Below the pieces are notes generated by a model that was not told where the DNA came from, made no database searches, and worked only from the letters and a program-made list of their open reading frames with translations. A program made the translations under genes and the position numbers. From Vicinamibacterales bacterium (lineage in GTDB: Bacteria; Acidobacteriota; Vicinamibacteria; Vicinamibacterales; UBA8438), in the NCBI GenBank assembly GCA_965221595.1, contig OZ244900.1, forward strand, positions 2,243,317 to 2,307,316: a stretch of 64,000 nucleotides of DNA, read 5' to 3'. Position 1 is the first letter of the stretch, and every line of letters starts with the position of its first letter. Of the stretch, positions 27,942 through 36,789 are shown piece after piece.

Positions 27942-30098
27942 CTACGGCGCGCCGCCGTCGGTGGGCGCGGGGGCGGCCGGCTCGTCGCCGCTGTCATCCG
28001 CAACCCACGGCAGGTACGCCGCATAGTCGATATCGGCGTCGGGCGGCTCGCCGCCCGGGCCCTGCAGGTAGTGCTCCATCCAGCGCAGCGTGCGCAGCGC
28101 GTAGTCGAGCCGCGCCGCTGACCGGGCGTTGCCGTGGCCCTCGCCGGGATAGAAGACGAGCCGGACGGGCGCCTGGCCCAGCACCTTGAGCTGCCGATAC
28201 AGCTCCAGCGACTGGCTGGGATGCACGCGCGGATCCTCCTCGCCGTGCAGGATCAGGGTTGGCGTGCGGTTGCGCGTGACGTAGTAGATGGGACTCGCCT
28301 TGGCGAAGTACTCCCAGTCGTCCCACAGCCACTTGCGATGGTGCACGTCGTACATTTCCTGCGGGATGTCGGTCGTCCCCATCTTCGAGATGGCGTTGCT
28401 GATACCCACGAACGGGATCGACGCCGCGAACCGCTCCGAGTAGTACGTCGTGCCCCAGGCCGAGGCGTAGCCGCCGTACGAGCCGCCCGTGATGCCGACC
28501 CGCTCCCCGTCTACGAGACCGCTCTCGATGAGGTGGTCGACCGCGTCCACCAGGTCGTCGAACTCCGGTCCGGTGGCGTCCGCCTGACTGATCTTCGAGA
28601 ACTCGACGCCGCGGCCGGTGCTGCCCCGGTAGTTGGGGTACAGCACGAAGAACCCGCGGGCCGCGGCCACCTGACCCGGCGCCGAGTAGCCGGTGAGCCA
28701 GCCGTTGCGGTCGTGAGCCTCCGGTCCGCCGTGAACGGACAGGATGAGGGGGTAGCGCCGACCGGGCTCGTGGTCGAGCGGGTGGATGAGGACGCCTTCC
28801 AGCTCCAGTCCGTCCCGGGCCGCGTAGCGCATGACCGTCTGCTCGGCGAAGCGCAGGTCGGCCAGCCAGTCGTTGCTGGTGGTGCGGCGCTCCGCGTCGC
28901 CGCCGGCGGCAGGCAGCGCGTACACCTCGTTCGGGTGCTGCGGCGTCTGCGCGACCAGGGTCGCCGCGCCCGTGCCGGCAACATCGACGGCGAGCACTAT
29001 CAGCTCGCCGGCCGGCAGCAGCGTCCGGCGGTCGGATCCATCGACCGCGATCGACCCCACCTCGGTTTCGGTCCCGATGTCGGTGACGTAGACGAGGGTG
29101 CCGTCGGCGCGCCAGTCGAAGGTCGCCACGTGGGCCTCGAGGCCCGGCAGCAGGTCGCGCGGCGTCCCGCCGGCCGCGCTCACGACCATGAGGCGGCCGG
29201 GCGCCGGATCGTTGCGGTCGACCGACCCCACCAGCGCGATATGACGCCCGTCCGGGCTCCAGTCGGCACGGCCCAGCTTGCCCTCGATTGCGATGTCCGC
29301 CTGCACCTGCCCGTCGAGGTCCACCACCTGCAGCCGGCGTGCCACGAACCCGTCGTCGACGAGCGGCGTCGGGGTCGACCCGATCAGCAGCCGCTCCCCG
29401 TCCGGGGCGAAGCGCAGCGACCGCAACGACCCGTCGATGTCCAGCGTCCGCACGTCGCGGTCGTCCGGCCCGGTTCCGGAATGGAGGTCGGCGATGTGCA
29501 GCCGCGTGAACGTCAGGTGCTCCTCGAAGATCTCCTGGTTGAAGCCCTGCCGGCTGAGCGCCGCCCGTTCGGCATCGCGCTCGTCCGGCGCCAGGAAGGC
29601 CAGCCAGCGTCCGTCCGCGCTGACGTCGAAGGCGCCGATGCTGGTCGCATGCTCCAGCAGTTTGCGGGCCTCGCCGCCCCGCGTCGAGATGCGGTATACG
29701 GCCCGCTGCGCATCGCCCTCCCGCCGTGTGCCGAACGCCAGCTCGTCGTTGCCGAGCCAGACGGGACGCCCCACCGCGACCGCGCCGGTGACGAAGGGCA
29801 CCTCCCGACCATCGGCGTCGAGCAGGTACAGCTCCACCCACGCCCGGCCGCTCTCGTCCTCCAGCGCGCGTCGCGGGCTGGTACGCAGGAACGCCGTCCG
29901 GCTTCCGTCCGGTGACGGAACGGCTGCCAGCACGGAGCGGTACATCACTGCGTGCCAGGGCTGAAACGTGCCGTCGGCCGTCTGCGACTGGGCGGCCGCC
30001 GGCGCGGCCGCCACCAGCACCGGCGCCAGCAGCCCGACCGCGATTGACACGAGCCGGCGCCAAGAGGCTCCCTCACGCTGTGCGCGTCCCCTTCGCAT
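27942..30098 (-). CDS. S9 family peptidase (prolyl oligopeptidase / acylaminoacyl peptidase-like)
   Basis: Beta-propeller N-term; VHGGP, NYRGSTG.G, GGSYGG nucleophile, HGEED.RV, EGHG. Confidence 0.93.
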   Translation of the reverse strand: MRRGRAQREGASWRRLVSIAVGLLAPVLVAAAPAAAQSQTADGTFQPWHAVMYRSVLAAVPSPDGSRTAFLRTSPRRALEDESGRAWVELYLLDADGREVPFVTGAVAVGRPVWLGNDELAFGTRREGDAQRAVYRISTRGGEARKLLEHATSIGAFDVSADGRWLAFLAPDERDAERAALSRQGFNQEIFEEHLTFTRLHIADLHSGTGPDDRDVRTLDIDGSLRSLRFAPDGERLLIGSTPTPLVDDGFVARRLQVVDLDGQVQADIAIEGKLGRADWSPDGRHIALVGSVDRNDPAPGRLMVVSAAGGTPRDLLPGLEAHVATFDWRADGTLVYVTDIGTETEVGSIAVDGSDRRTLLPAGELIVLAVDVAGTGAATLVAQTPQHPNEVYALPAAGGDAERRTTSNDWLADLRFAEQTVMRYAARDGLELEGVLIHPLDHEPGRRYPLILSVHGGPEAHDRNGWLTGYSAPGQVAAARGFFVLYPNYRGSTGRGVEFSKISQADATGPEFDDLVDAVDHLIESGLVDGERVGITGGSYGGYASAWGTTYYSERFAASIPFVGISNAISKMGTTDIPQEMYDVHHRKWLWDDWEYFAKASPIYYVTRNRTPTLILHGEEDPRVHPSQSLELYRQLKVLGQAPVRLVFYPGEGHGNARSAARLDYALRTLRWMEHYLQGPGGEPPDADIDYAAYLPWVADDSGDEPAAPAPTDGGAP

Positions 30099-30415
30099 CG
30101 TTTACATCCTCCCTCCACAACCAGACCGCCGCCACGCGCACGACATGGCCTGGGCAACTGCTGACAGTCTACCGCGCCCGCCCGCCGGCCCGCCCGCCGC
30201 GACGGACGGCCGTGCGCTCCTCCTGTCGCAAGCAAGCACTCACTTGCCGCCGCTGTCACGAGGGCGGCGCCGGCCGGGCAGCAACGTCAGGCGCCGAAAC
30301 CGGCGCCTTGTGCAGGCGTAACCGGTGTGACAGGATCTCGTGTCGCGAGAAATGTTGCGGTCGAGTAGCGAGCAGTTGCTCACCGCTGTCACCGTGATCG
30401 ACGGAGGAGGGGTTC

Positions 30416-33391
30416 ATGAGACGTAGGTGCGGCAGGTTGCAGTCGGTCGTCGGGTTGCTGCTGGCGGCGGGCGCCGTGGTCGTGCCCGGCACGGCAGGCG
30501 CACAGGACCGTGCGGGTCTCGCCGGCACGGTCGAGGACGGGACCGGGTTGGTGCTGCCGGGCGTCACCGTGTTGGCCGAGAGCCCGGCCCTCATCGAGCG
30601 CAGCCGCACGGTCGCCACGGACGGCGCCGGCAACTACCGCATCATCAATCTGCCGGCTGGAACCTACGCCGTCACCTTCAGCCTGCAGGGGTTCCGCAGT
30701 GTCGTGCGTGACGGGGTCGTGCTCGAGGGCGCGTTCACGGCCAACGTCGACGCCACCCTGGAGGTAGGTCAGATCGCCGAGACGGTGACGGTGTCGGGCG
30801 AGGCCCCGCTGGTCGACGTCGTCAACACGCGCGAGCAGACGGTGTTCAACACCGACGAGGTCAACGCGCTGCCGGTGGCGCAGAGCATCATCAGCGGGAT
30901 GCAGTACGCACCGGGCGTCGACGCGCGGAACAACTTCCTCGCGACAGCCGGCACCCTGGACGAGCGCGGGCCGACCGTGCACGGCTCCACCGGCGCGGAC
31001 AGCCAGGGGCACGTCGACGGCGTCGAGACCGGCACGCAGCTCGGCAGCCGCAGCCAATCCGTGGGCGGCGTCGGGCTCGTCACCGACGAGGCGCAGATCG
31101 CGGAGATCGTGTTCGACACGGGCGCGCTGTCGGCCGAGTACCCCCAAAGCGGCGTCCGGACCAACCTGATTCCCAAGGCAGGCGCCAACACCTTCTCCGG
31201 GGAGCTGTTCCTCGACGGCACGCGCGATACGTTCGCCGACAGCAACCTGACGCCCGAGCTGGAAGAAGCCGGGTTCGCGTTCGCGCCCACAGCGTGGAGC
31301 TACGGCATCAATCCGGCGTTCGGCGGCCCCATCCGGGAGGACAGGCTGTGGTTCTTCGGCTCGTACGTGCGCAACCGCAGCAAGACCTTCCGGCCCGACA
31401 TCTTCTTCGACCCCGCTGAACCGTCGACGCCCGACGGCCTCGGCGACGACCTGCGGGCGTTCGGCGAGGGCACCAGCAGCGTGCAGAACATCCGGATCAC
31501 CTGGCAGGTCAACCAGGCGAACAAGGTCACGTCGGCGTTCACCGGGCAGCAGAACGACTTCGGCCGCGTCGTTGGCACCGGTTTCGGTCGGGTCTCGGCC
31601 GAGGCGCTGTTCAACGGCACTTCGGACCCGAACTACATGAGCACGACGCGCTGGACGGGGACCTGGACCGACCGGCTGCTGTTCGAGGCGACCTTCTCGT
31701 ACCAGCGGCTGGACCTCAAGTTCCTCGACTTCGAGGAGAACGGCGTCGGCCGGGTGTCGTTCCAGGACGTCGCCACGGGCCTGCAGTCGGGCACCAGCTT
31801 CCTCCAGGACTACGCCAGCGAAGACCACCGGCGCTTCGCGAACGCCTCGATTTCGTACGTCACCGGCTCGCACAACTTCAAGGCCGGGTTCCAGTACGGC
31901 GGGCACCTGCAGTACTTCCGCTGGAAGAACAACGGCGACATTTTCCAGGCGTACACCTTCAACGGGTTCCCGCTCTACCTGCTGGTGATGGGCAACGGGG
32001 ACGCGGAAGACCTCCGGAAGCAGAATTGCGAGTGCGGGTTCTACGCGCAGGACGCCTGGACCCTGGACCGCTTCACCGTCAACGTCGGCGTGCGCTACGA
32101 CTGGTTCAACAGCTCCCTGGCCGGGGGCACGCGGCCCGCAGGCTTCTTCACGCCCGAGATCACCGCCGACCCCATCGGCGACCTCCCGAGCTGGCAGGAC
32201 TGGAGCGGGCGCTTCGGCGTGGCCTACGACCTGTTCGGCGACGGCCGGACGGCGATCAAGGTGTTCGCGGGACGCTACGTGGCGAACGAGGCCCTCGGGA
32301 TCACCTCGACGTTCAGTCCGTTCGGCCTGAACATCGACTATCGCACCTGGGTCGACGCCAACGGCGACGGCACGGCGCTCAACCCCGACGGGACGCCCCA
32401 GTACAACGAGATCGGCTCGTCGTTCAACCCGAACTACGGCACGCCGACGACGGCGAACCGGCTCGACCCCGACGCACTGCGCGAGAGCAACTGGGAGTAC
32501 AACGCCGGCATCGAGCACGAGCTCGGCAACAGCTGGTCGGTCAGCGCGAAGTGGATCCGGCGGGAGTTCGGCAATTTCCGCTGGGCGGACAACACCGCGG
32601 TCGACGCCAGCCACTATTCCCCAATCGCGTTCACCGGGCCGGTCGACGAGCGCCTGCCGGGCGGCGGCGGCCAGCAGCTCACGCTGTACGAGTACGCCGA
32701 CCCGGACTTCGGGTATTCGACGGGCGACATCCTCTATACCCGTGCGCCCGACGATTCGCGGAGCTGGAACGGGTTGGAGGTGATTGTGGACGGCCGGCTG
32801 TGGCGCGAAGGCTTCGCGCAGGCGAGCTGGACGGGCGGCCAGGCCAGCGGCAACTTCTGCACGGAACCACGGCTGGACAACCCCAACGGCAACCCGGCGG
32901 ACGACAGCCCTGCGTTCGGCCTCGACTTCTGCGACAACTCGCGTGGATTCCGCAACAACTTCAAGTTGTCGGGCGGCATCCCGCTGCCGTTCGACACGAT
33001 GATCTCCGGCCTGTTCCAGGTGTTCGCGGGCAACGAGATCCTGGCCACCTACCAGGTGGACGCGGTCGACCTGGGCCGGCCGCTCGTGTCCCCGCTGGAC
33101 ACCAGCTTCCAGCCCGTATTGGAAAACGTCGATGTCGCGCTGATCGAGCCGGGCACGCAATTCGAGGACATCACCACGCAGCTCAACATCCGCTTCCAGA
33201 AGATCATGACGCTGGGCGGCGGCATGCGGGTGCGGGCGTTCATGGACGCAAGCAACCTGTTCAACACCCTCACCGTCTTCACGCGAAACCGGTTCTTCGG
33301 CGGAGGCGGGACACTCAACGACGACTTCTACCGGCCGATCCAGTTCAACCAGGGCCGGGTGCTGTCGTTCGGCGCGCAGGTGTCCTTCTAG
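30416..33391 (+). CDS. TonB-dependent receptor with N-terminal carboxypeptidase-regulatory-like domain (Oar type)
   Basis: Signal peptide; GTV.D.TG.VLPGVTV, ETVTVSGEAPLVD, GGPI..D.LWFF, YAQD.W, GVRYD, terminal Phe; GGAGGAGG RBS. Confidence 0.92.
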   Translation: MRRRCGRLQSVVGLLLAAGAVVVPGTAGAQDRAGLAGTVEDGTGLVLPGVTVLAESPALIERSRTVATDGAGNYRIINLPAGTYAVTFSLQGFRSVVRDGVVLEGAFTANVDATLEVGQIAETVTVSGEAPLVDVVNTREQTVFNTDEVNALPVAQSIISGMQYAPGVDARNNFLATAGTLDERGPTVHGSTGADSQGHVDGVETGTQLGSRSQSVGGVGLVTDEAQIAEIVFDTGALSAEYPQSGVRTNLIPKAGANTFSGELFLDGTRDTFADSNLTPELEEAGFAFAPTAWSYGINPAFGGPIREDRLWFFGSYVRNRSKTFRPDIFFDPAEPSTPDGLGDDLRAFGEGTSSVQNIRITWQVNQANKVTSAFTGQQNDFGRVVGTGFGRVSAEALFNGTSDPNYMSTTRWTGTWTDRLLFEATFSYQRLDLKFLDFEENGVGRVSFQDVATGLQSGTSFLQDYASEDHRRFANASISYVTGSHNFKAGFQYGGHLQYFRWKNNGDIFQAYTFNGFPLYLLVMGNGDAEDLRKQNCECGFYAQDAWTLDRFTVNVGVRYDWFNSSLAGGTRPAGFFTPEITADPIGDLPSWQDWSGRFGVAYDLFGDGRTAIKVFAGRYVANEALGITSTFSPFGLNIDYRTWVDANGDGTALNPDGTPQYNEIGSSFNPNYGTPTTANRLDPDALRESNWEYNAGIEHELGNSWSVSAKWIRREFGNFRWADNTAVDASHYSPIAFTGPVDERLPGGGGQQLTLYEYADPDFGYSTGDILYTRAPDDSRSWNGLEVIVDGRLWREGFAQASWTGGQASGNFCTEPRLDNPNGNPADDSPAFGLDFCDNSRGFRNNFKLSGGIPLPFDTMISGLFQVFAGNEILATYQVDAVDLGRPLVSPLDTSFQPVLENVDVALIEPGTQFEDITTQLNIRFQKIMTLGGGMRVRAFMDASNLFNTLTVFTRNRFFGGGGTLNDDFYRPIQFNQGRVLSFGAQVSF

Positions 33392-33403
33392 CCGGCAGCC
33401 CTT

Positions 33404-33433
33404 GCCCCGGGGAGCCTCACCGCTCCCCGGGGC
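33404..33433 (+). terminator. 12-bp stem-loop after TonB receptor gene
   Basis: GCCCCGGGGAGC-ctcacc-GCTCCCCGGGGC 12 nt after stop; no U-tract. Confidence 0.5.
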
Positions 33434-33552
33434 GCCGCATGCCCTTGCGACGCCGCGCGGCCACAGCTGCTGGCCGCCGGCACGCACGCAACGTGCCAAA
33501 CGACGCGCGCACCGATCCCGTTACCACCCAGGCGCCGAAGTCCGGCAACCGG

Positions 33553-34161
33553 ATGTCCGGTCCCGAGCGCAGGGCCCAGATCATCGACGCGGCCATCGCC
33601 CTGTTCGGCCGGCACGGGTTCAAGGGCACGACCACCAGGGCCCTGGCCCAGGCGTCCGGCGTGAGCGAGGCGACGATCTTCAAGCACTTCCCCACCAAGA
33701 ACGACCTCTACAAGGCGGCGTTCGACCGCCGGACCGGCGTGGGCACCGAGCAGCTCATCGCCGAGCTGCAGGACTACGTCGAGCGGGGTGAGGACGAACG
33801 GTTGCTGCGCACGCTCATTCGCGCCATCTTCTACGGTTACGAACACGATCGGGATCTGCATCGCATGCTGCTCTACGCCTGGCTGGAGCAGGAGCCGTCC
33901 GACAACCAGCACCTGTTCGAACAGATGCAGAGCTATCCGCTGTTCGTTTTCCTGCGGGACTACGTCCAGCGGCGGCAGACCGAAGGGGCCTTCAGTCGGG
34001 AAAGCAGCAGTCTGATCGCGGCGGCCCTGACCGCCCTGCCCGCCCAGGAGGCCATTCGCCGCAAACTGTACGGCCTCGACACGGGCTTCTCCGACGACAT
34101 GGTCGTCGAGGCCTACGCCCGCCTCCTCCTGAACGGCCTCAAGATCCGACCCGCGCGATAG
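33553..34161 (+). CDS. TetR/AcrR family transcriptional regulator
   Basis: RRAQIIDAAIALF...GFKGTTTRALAQASGVSEATIFKHFPTKNDL HTH; start approximate. Confidence 0.92.
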   Translation: MSGPERRAQIIDAAIALFGRHGFKGTTTRALAQASGVSEATIFKHFPTKNDLYKAAFDRRTGVGTEQLIAELQDYVERGEDERLLRTLIRAIFYGYEHDRDLHRMLLYAWLEQEPSDNQHLFEQMQSYPLFVFLRDYVQRRQTEGAFSRESSSLIAAALTALPAQEAIRRKLYGLDTGFSDDMVVEAYARLLLNGLKIRPAR

Positions 34162-34258
34162 GCTGCGCTCGGACCTGTCAGCACTTGGCGTGGTCGCGGC
34201 GGCTACGCTGTCGCCCGCACCCGCATGCTGCGGCGCCCGCAGCGCGTCGTGCTGCGGC

Positions 34259-35185
34259 TCAGCGCCCCGCGTAGATGTGGTTGACGATGCTCGTCACGCT
34301 GAACGTGCCGCTTGCCGGCGCGTCGTAGTCGCTGAAGCGCGCCGGCTTCGTGTAGGCGGCAATGGTCTCGTCGGCGCTGCGCCCCGCGTCGATGCCCGCT
34401 TGGGTCTGGCGGACCACGTCGGCGTAGAAGTCTCGATAGTCGACCAGGTCGCTCCAAGCGAGCGGCGTCTCCCAATGCCCGGTGATGATCGTGTCCACGT
34501 CGGAGATGCCGGCGATCGCCCGGGTGAGCGTCCGGCCGAACTCGATGGCGCTCCCGCCGTTGCCGTTCGCGGCGTCGATGAACGGCAGCAGCTTGCCCTG
34601 GAACATGTCACCCGTGTGCATCGTGCGCGCGGCCTTGAACACGACGAAGGTGTCCCCGTCGGTGTGGCCGCGACCGAAGTGGTGGAGGTCGATCTCGTCA
34701 GGACCGCCGGCGAAGAGCGTGAGCCGGTCCGAGAACGTCGTCGACGGCAGGTACTTCGCGTTCTCGCCCTGGAAGTCGTCGCAGTTGGTCGGTATCGGCT
34801 GGCAGTCGGTGCGCGCCATGTGACGCCGAATGTTCTCGTGCGCCACGAAATGCACCGTCTCGGGGAACTCGGTGTTCGAACCGCTGTGGTCGAAGTGGAC
34901 GTGGGTGTTGATGATCGTCGTCACCGGCTTGTCGCTGAGACGCCGCACGTGGTCGAGAATGTCCTGGCCGTACCCCTCCAGCTTGGTGTCGACCAGCACG
35001 ACGCCTGCAGCAGTGATGAAGACCGCCGTGTTCCCGCCCGTCGTGGTCCCCGAACCCAGCATGTAGAGGGCATCGGTGATCCGCTGGACTTCGATGGGCG
35101 GGCGGGGCGCCTGCGCGCCGTGCGTTCCGGCCGCCAGGATCAGACCGAGCGCGGTAACACCCGTCAGGACGACGCTGCGTGGCAT
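34259..35185 (-). CDS. Exported MBL-fold metallo-hydrolase
   Basis: Signal peptide; VLVDTK, NTHVHFDHSGSN, GHTDGD, HTGD, TGH. Confidence 0.9.
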   Translation of the reverse strand: MPRSVVLTGVTALGLILAAGTHGAQAPRPPIEVQRITDALYMLGSGTTTGGNTAVFITAAGVVLVDTKLEGYGQDILDHVRRLSDKPVTTIINTHVHFDHSGSNTEFPETVHFVAHENIRRHMARTDCQPIPTNCDDFQGENAKYLPSTTFSDRLTLFAGGPDEIDLHHFGRGHTDGDTFVVFKAARTMHTGDMFQGKLLPFIDAANGNGGSAIEFGRTLTRAIAGISDVDTIITGHWETPLAWSDLVDYRDFYADVVRQTQAGIDAGRSADETIAAYTKPARFSDYDAPASGTFSVTSIVNHIYAGR

Positions 35186-35393
35186 CCGGCCCGCAGTATA
35201 CGCGAGCATAGGCGCTTGCCGCGCCTGCAGTCGGCTGTCCCGAGCTGCACGCCGGGGTGCCCGCCGGAGTTGCGGCCGCGGCTCCTGTCACCTGGCCGGC
35301 GCACGATTGCATGATGAGCAGACACTCACTACGCCCGCCGGAAGCCGTGCCTGCAACACGACCCCGAGCGGGAGCAGGTCACGGGCCACGGCC

Positions 35394-35402
35394 TGCTACG
35401 AT
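35394..35402 (+). promoter_or_regulatory. Extended -10 of probable leaderless promoter
   Basis: TGCTACGAT, 6 nt, ATG 35409. Confidence 0.55.
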
Positions 35403-35408
35403 AGGTCG

Positions 35409-36272
35409 ATGCGAAACATGCACTGGCTCGTTCTTGTGACACTGCTCGCCGCCTCCGGAGCGGCGACTGCGCAGACCGTGGACGCCGGACGCGGCGCCCT
35501 GCCGGTCACCGTGCCCGCCGGATACACCGGCGAGGCCCCGATGCCGCTCATCATCCTGCTGCACACCTACGGCCGGACCGGCGCGGTGCAGGACGAGTAC
35601 ATGGGACTGAGCGCGCTCGCCGACACGTACGGCTTCATCTCGGTGGCGCCGGACGGCACACCGTCCGACGCCCAGAACAATCCCCGGTTCTGGAACGCGT
35701 CGGCTGCCTGCTGCAACTGGGAGGGCAGGGAGCTCGACGACTCGGCGTACATCATGGACATCATCGCCGGGGTGCAGGCGCAGTACCACATCGACGACCG
35801 GCGCGTCTTCATCATCGGCCACTCCAACGGGGCCTTCATGGCGCACCGGCTGGCCCACGACCACCCGGGTGTCATCGCCGCCATCGCGAGCTTCGCCGGG
35901 GCCGACCAGACGGCCAGGCGGCCCGTTCCGCCCCATCCCGTGCACGTGCTGCAGATCCACGGCGACGCCGACAGCGCCATCGCGTACGACGGCGGCGAGA
36001 TCCAAGGGGCGTCCTATCCGGGCGCCCGGGAGTCGGTGGAGAACTGGGCGACCCGCAACGGCTGCGCCGCGGCGGGCGCCGAGACCGGCCGGCTGGACCT
36101 CGTGAGCACGTTGCCGGGCATGGACACGACCGTGACGCGCTACACCCGCGGCTGCAAGCCCGGCGGGTCCGCCGAGCTGTGGACGATAGAAGGCGGCGCC
36201 CACGTGCCCGAGTTGTCCGAGCACTTCACGCGTCTGACCGTGGAGTGGCTGCTCGCGCACCCCGGACCCTGA
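35409..36272 (+). CDS. Exported PHB-depolymerase/LpqP-like esterase (alpha/beta hydrolase)
   Basis: Signal peptide; WNA..ACC, GHSNGAFMA, QIHG.AD, GGAH. Confidence 0.85.
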   Translation: MRNMHWLVLVTLLAASGAATAQTVDAGRGALPVTVPAGYTGEAPMPLIILLHTYGRTGAVQDEYMGLSALADTYGFISVAPDGTPSDAQNNPRFWNASAACCNWEGRELDDSAYIMDIIAGVQAQYHIDDRRVFIIGHSNGAFMAHRLAHDHPGVIAAIASFAGADQTARRPVPPHPVHVLQIHGDADSAIAYDGGEIQGASYPGARESVENWATRNGCAAAGAETGRLDLVSTLPGMDTTVTRYTRGCKPGGSAELWTIEGGAHVPELSEHFTRLTVEWLLAHPGP

Positions 36273-36325
36273 CTGGTAAGTGGTTGCTCACTTTGGTATA
36301 GTCGGGCCTTCTGCAAGGTTGGAAC

Positions 36326-36769
36326 ATGCGCATGACGAACGTCGGACGCAAAATAGGTGTCGTCGCGGCTGCGGTTGTCGCAGCGGCCGTACTGGCCTGG
36401 GCCGTGCAGGGAGCCACCCTGAACGTGACGGTGAGCTACACGGGTCCGGGCGACGTCGATGGGATGCACGCCCTGTACCTCGCGCTCTACGACACGCCGG
36501 ACATCGCAGGCGGCGCCGTGCCGATCGCTGCGCAGATTGCCACCGAGAACGGCCAGACGGTGGAATTCGCGAACGTCACAACCTCTCCGGTCTACCTGTC
36601 CGCCCTGTTCGACAGCAACGGCGGCTGGGACGGACTGAGCGCGGTGCCGCCCGGCTCGCCGGCCGCAACCTGGCGGCCCCTGCAGCCCACCCCGACGCCG
36701 ATCGAACTACCGGCGGGAGCGACCGTCGACCTGGAGTTCTCCTTCGACGCCGCGTTCCGCATGCCGTAG
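36326..36769 (+). CDS. Small exported beta-sandwich protein (DUF2141-like)
   Basis: Signal peptide; L.VTV.Y.G, LYLALYD, YLSALFDSNG. Confidence 0.65.
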   Translation: MRMTNVGRKIGVVAAAVVAAAVLAWAVQGATLNVTVSYTGPGDVDGMHALYLALYDTPDIAGGAVPIAAQIATENGQTVEFANVTTSPVYLSALFDSNGGWDGLSAVPPGSPAATWRPLQPTPTPIELPAGATVDLEFSFDAAFRMP

Positions 36770-36789
36770 CGCCATCGAGGATGTGAGTC

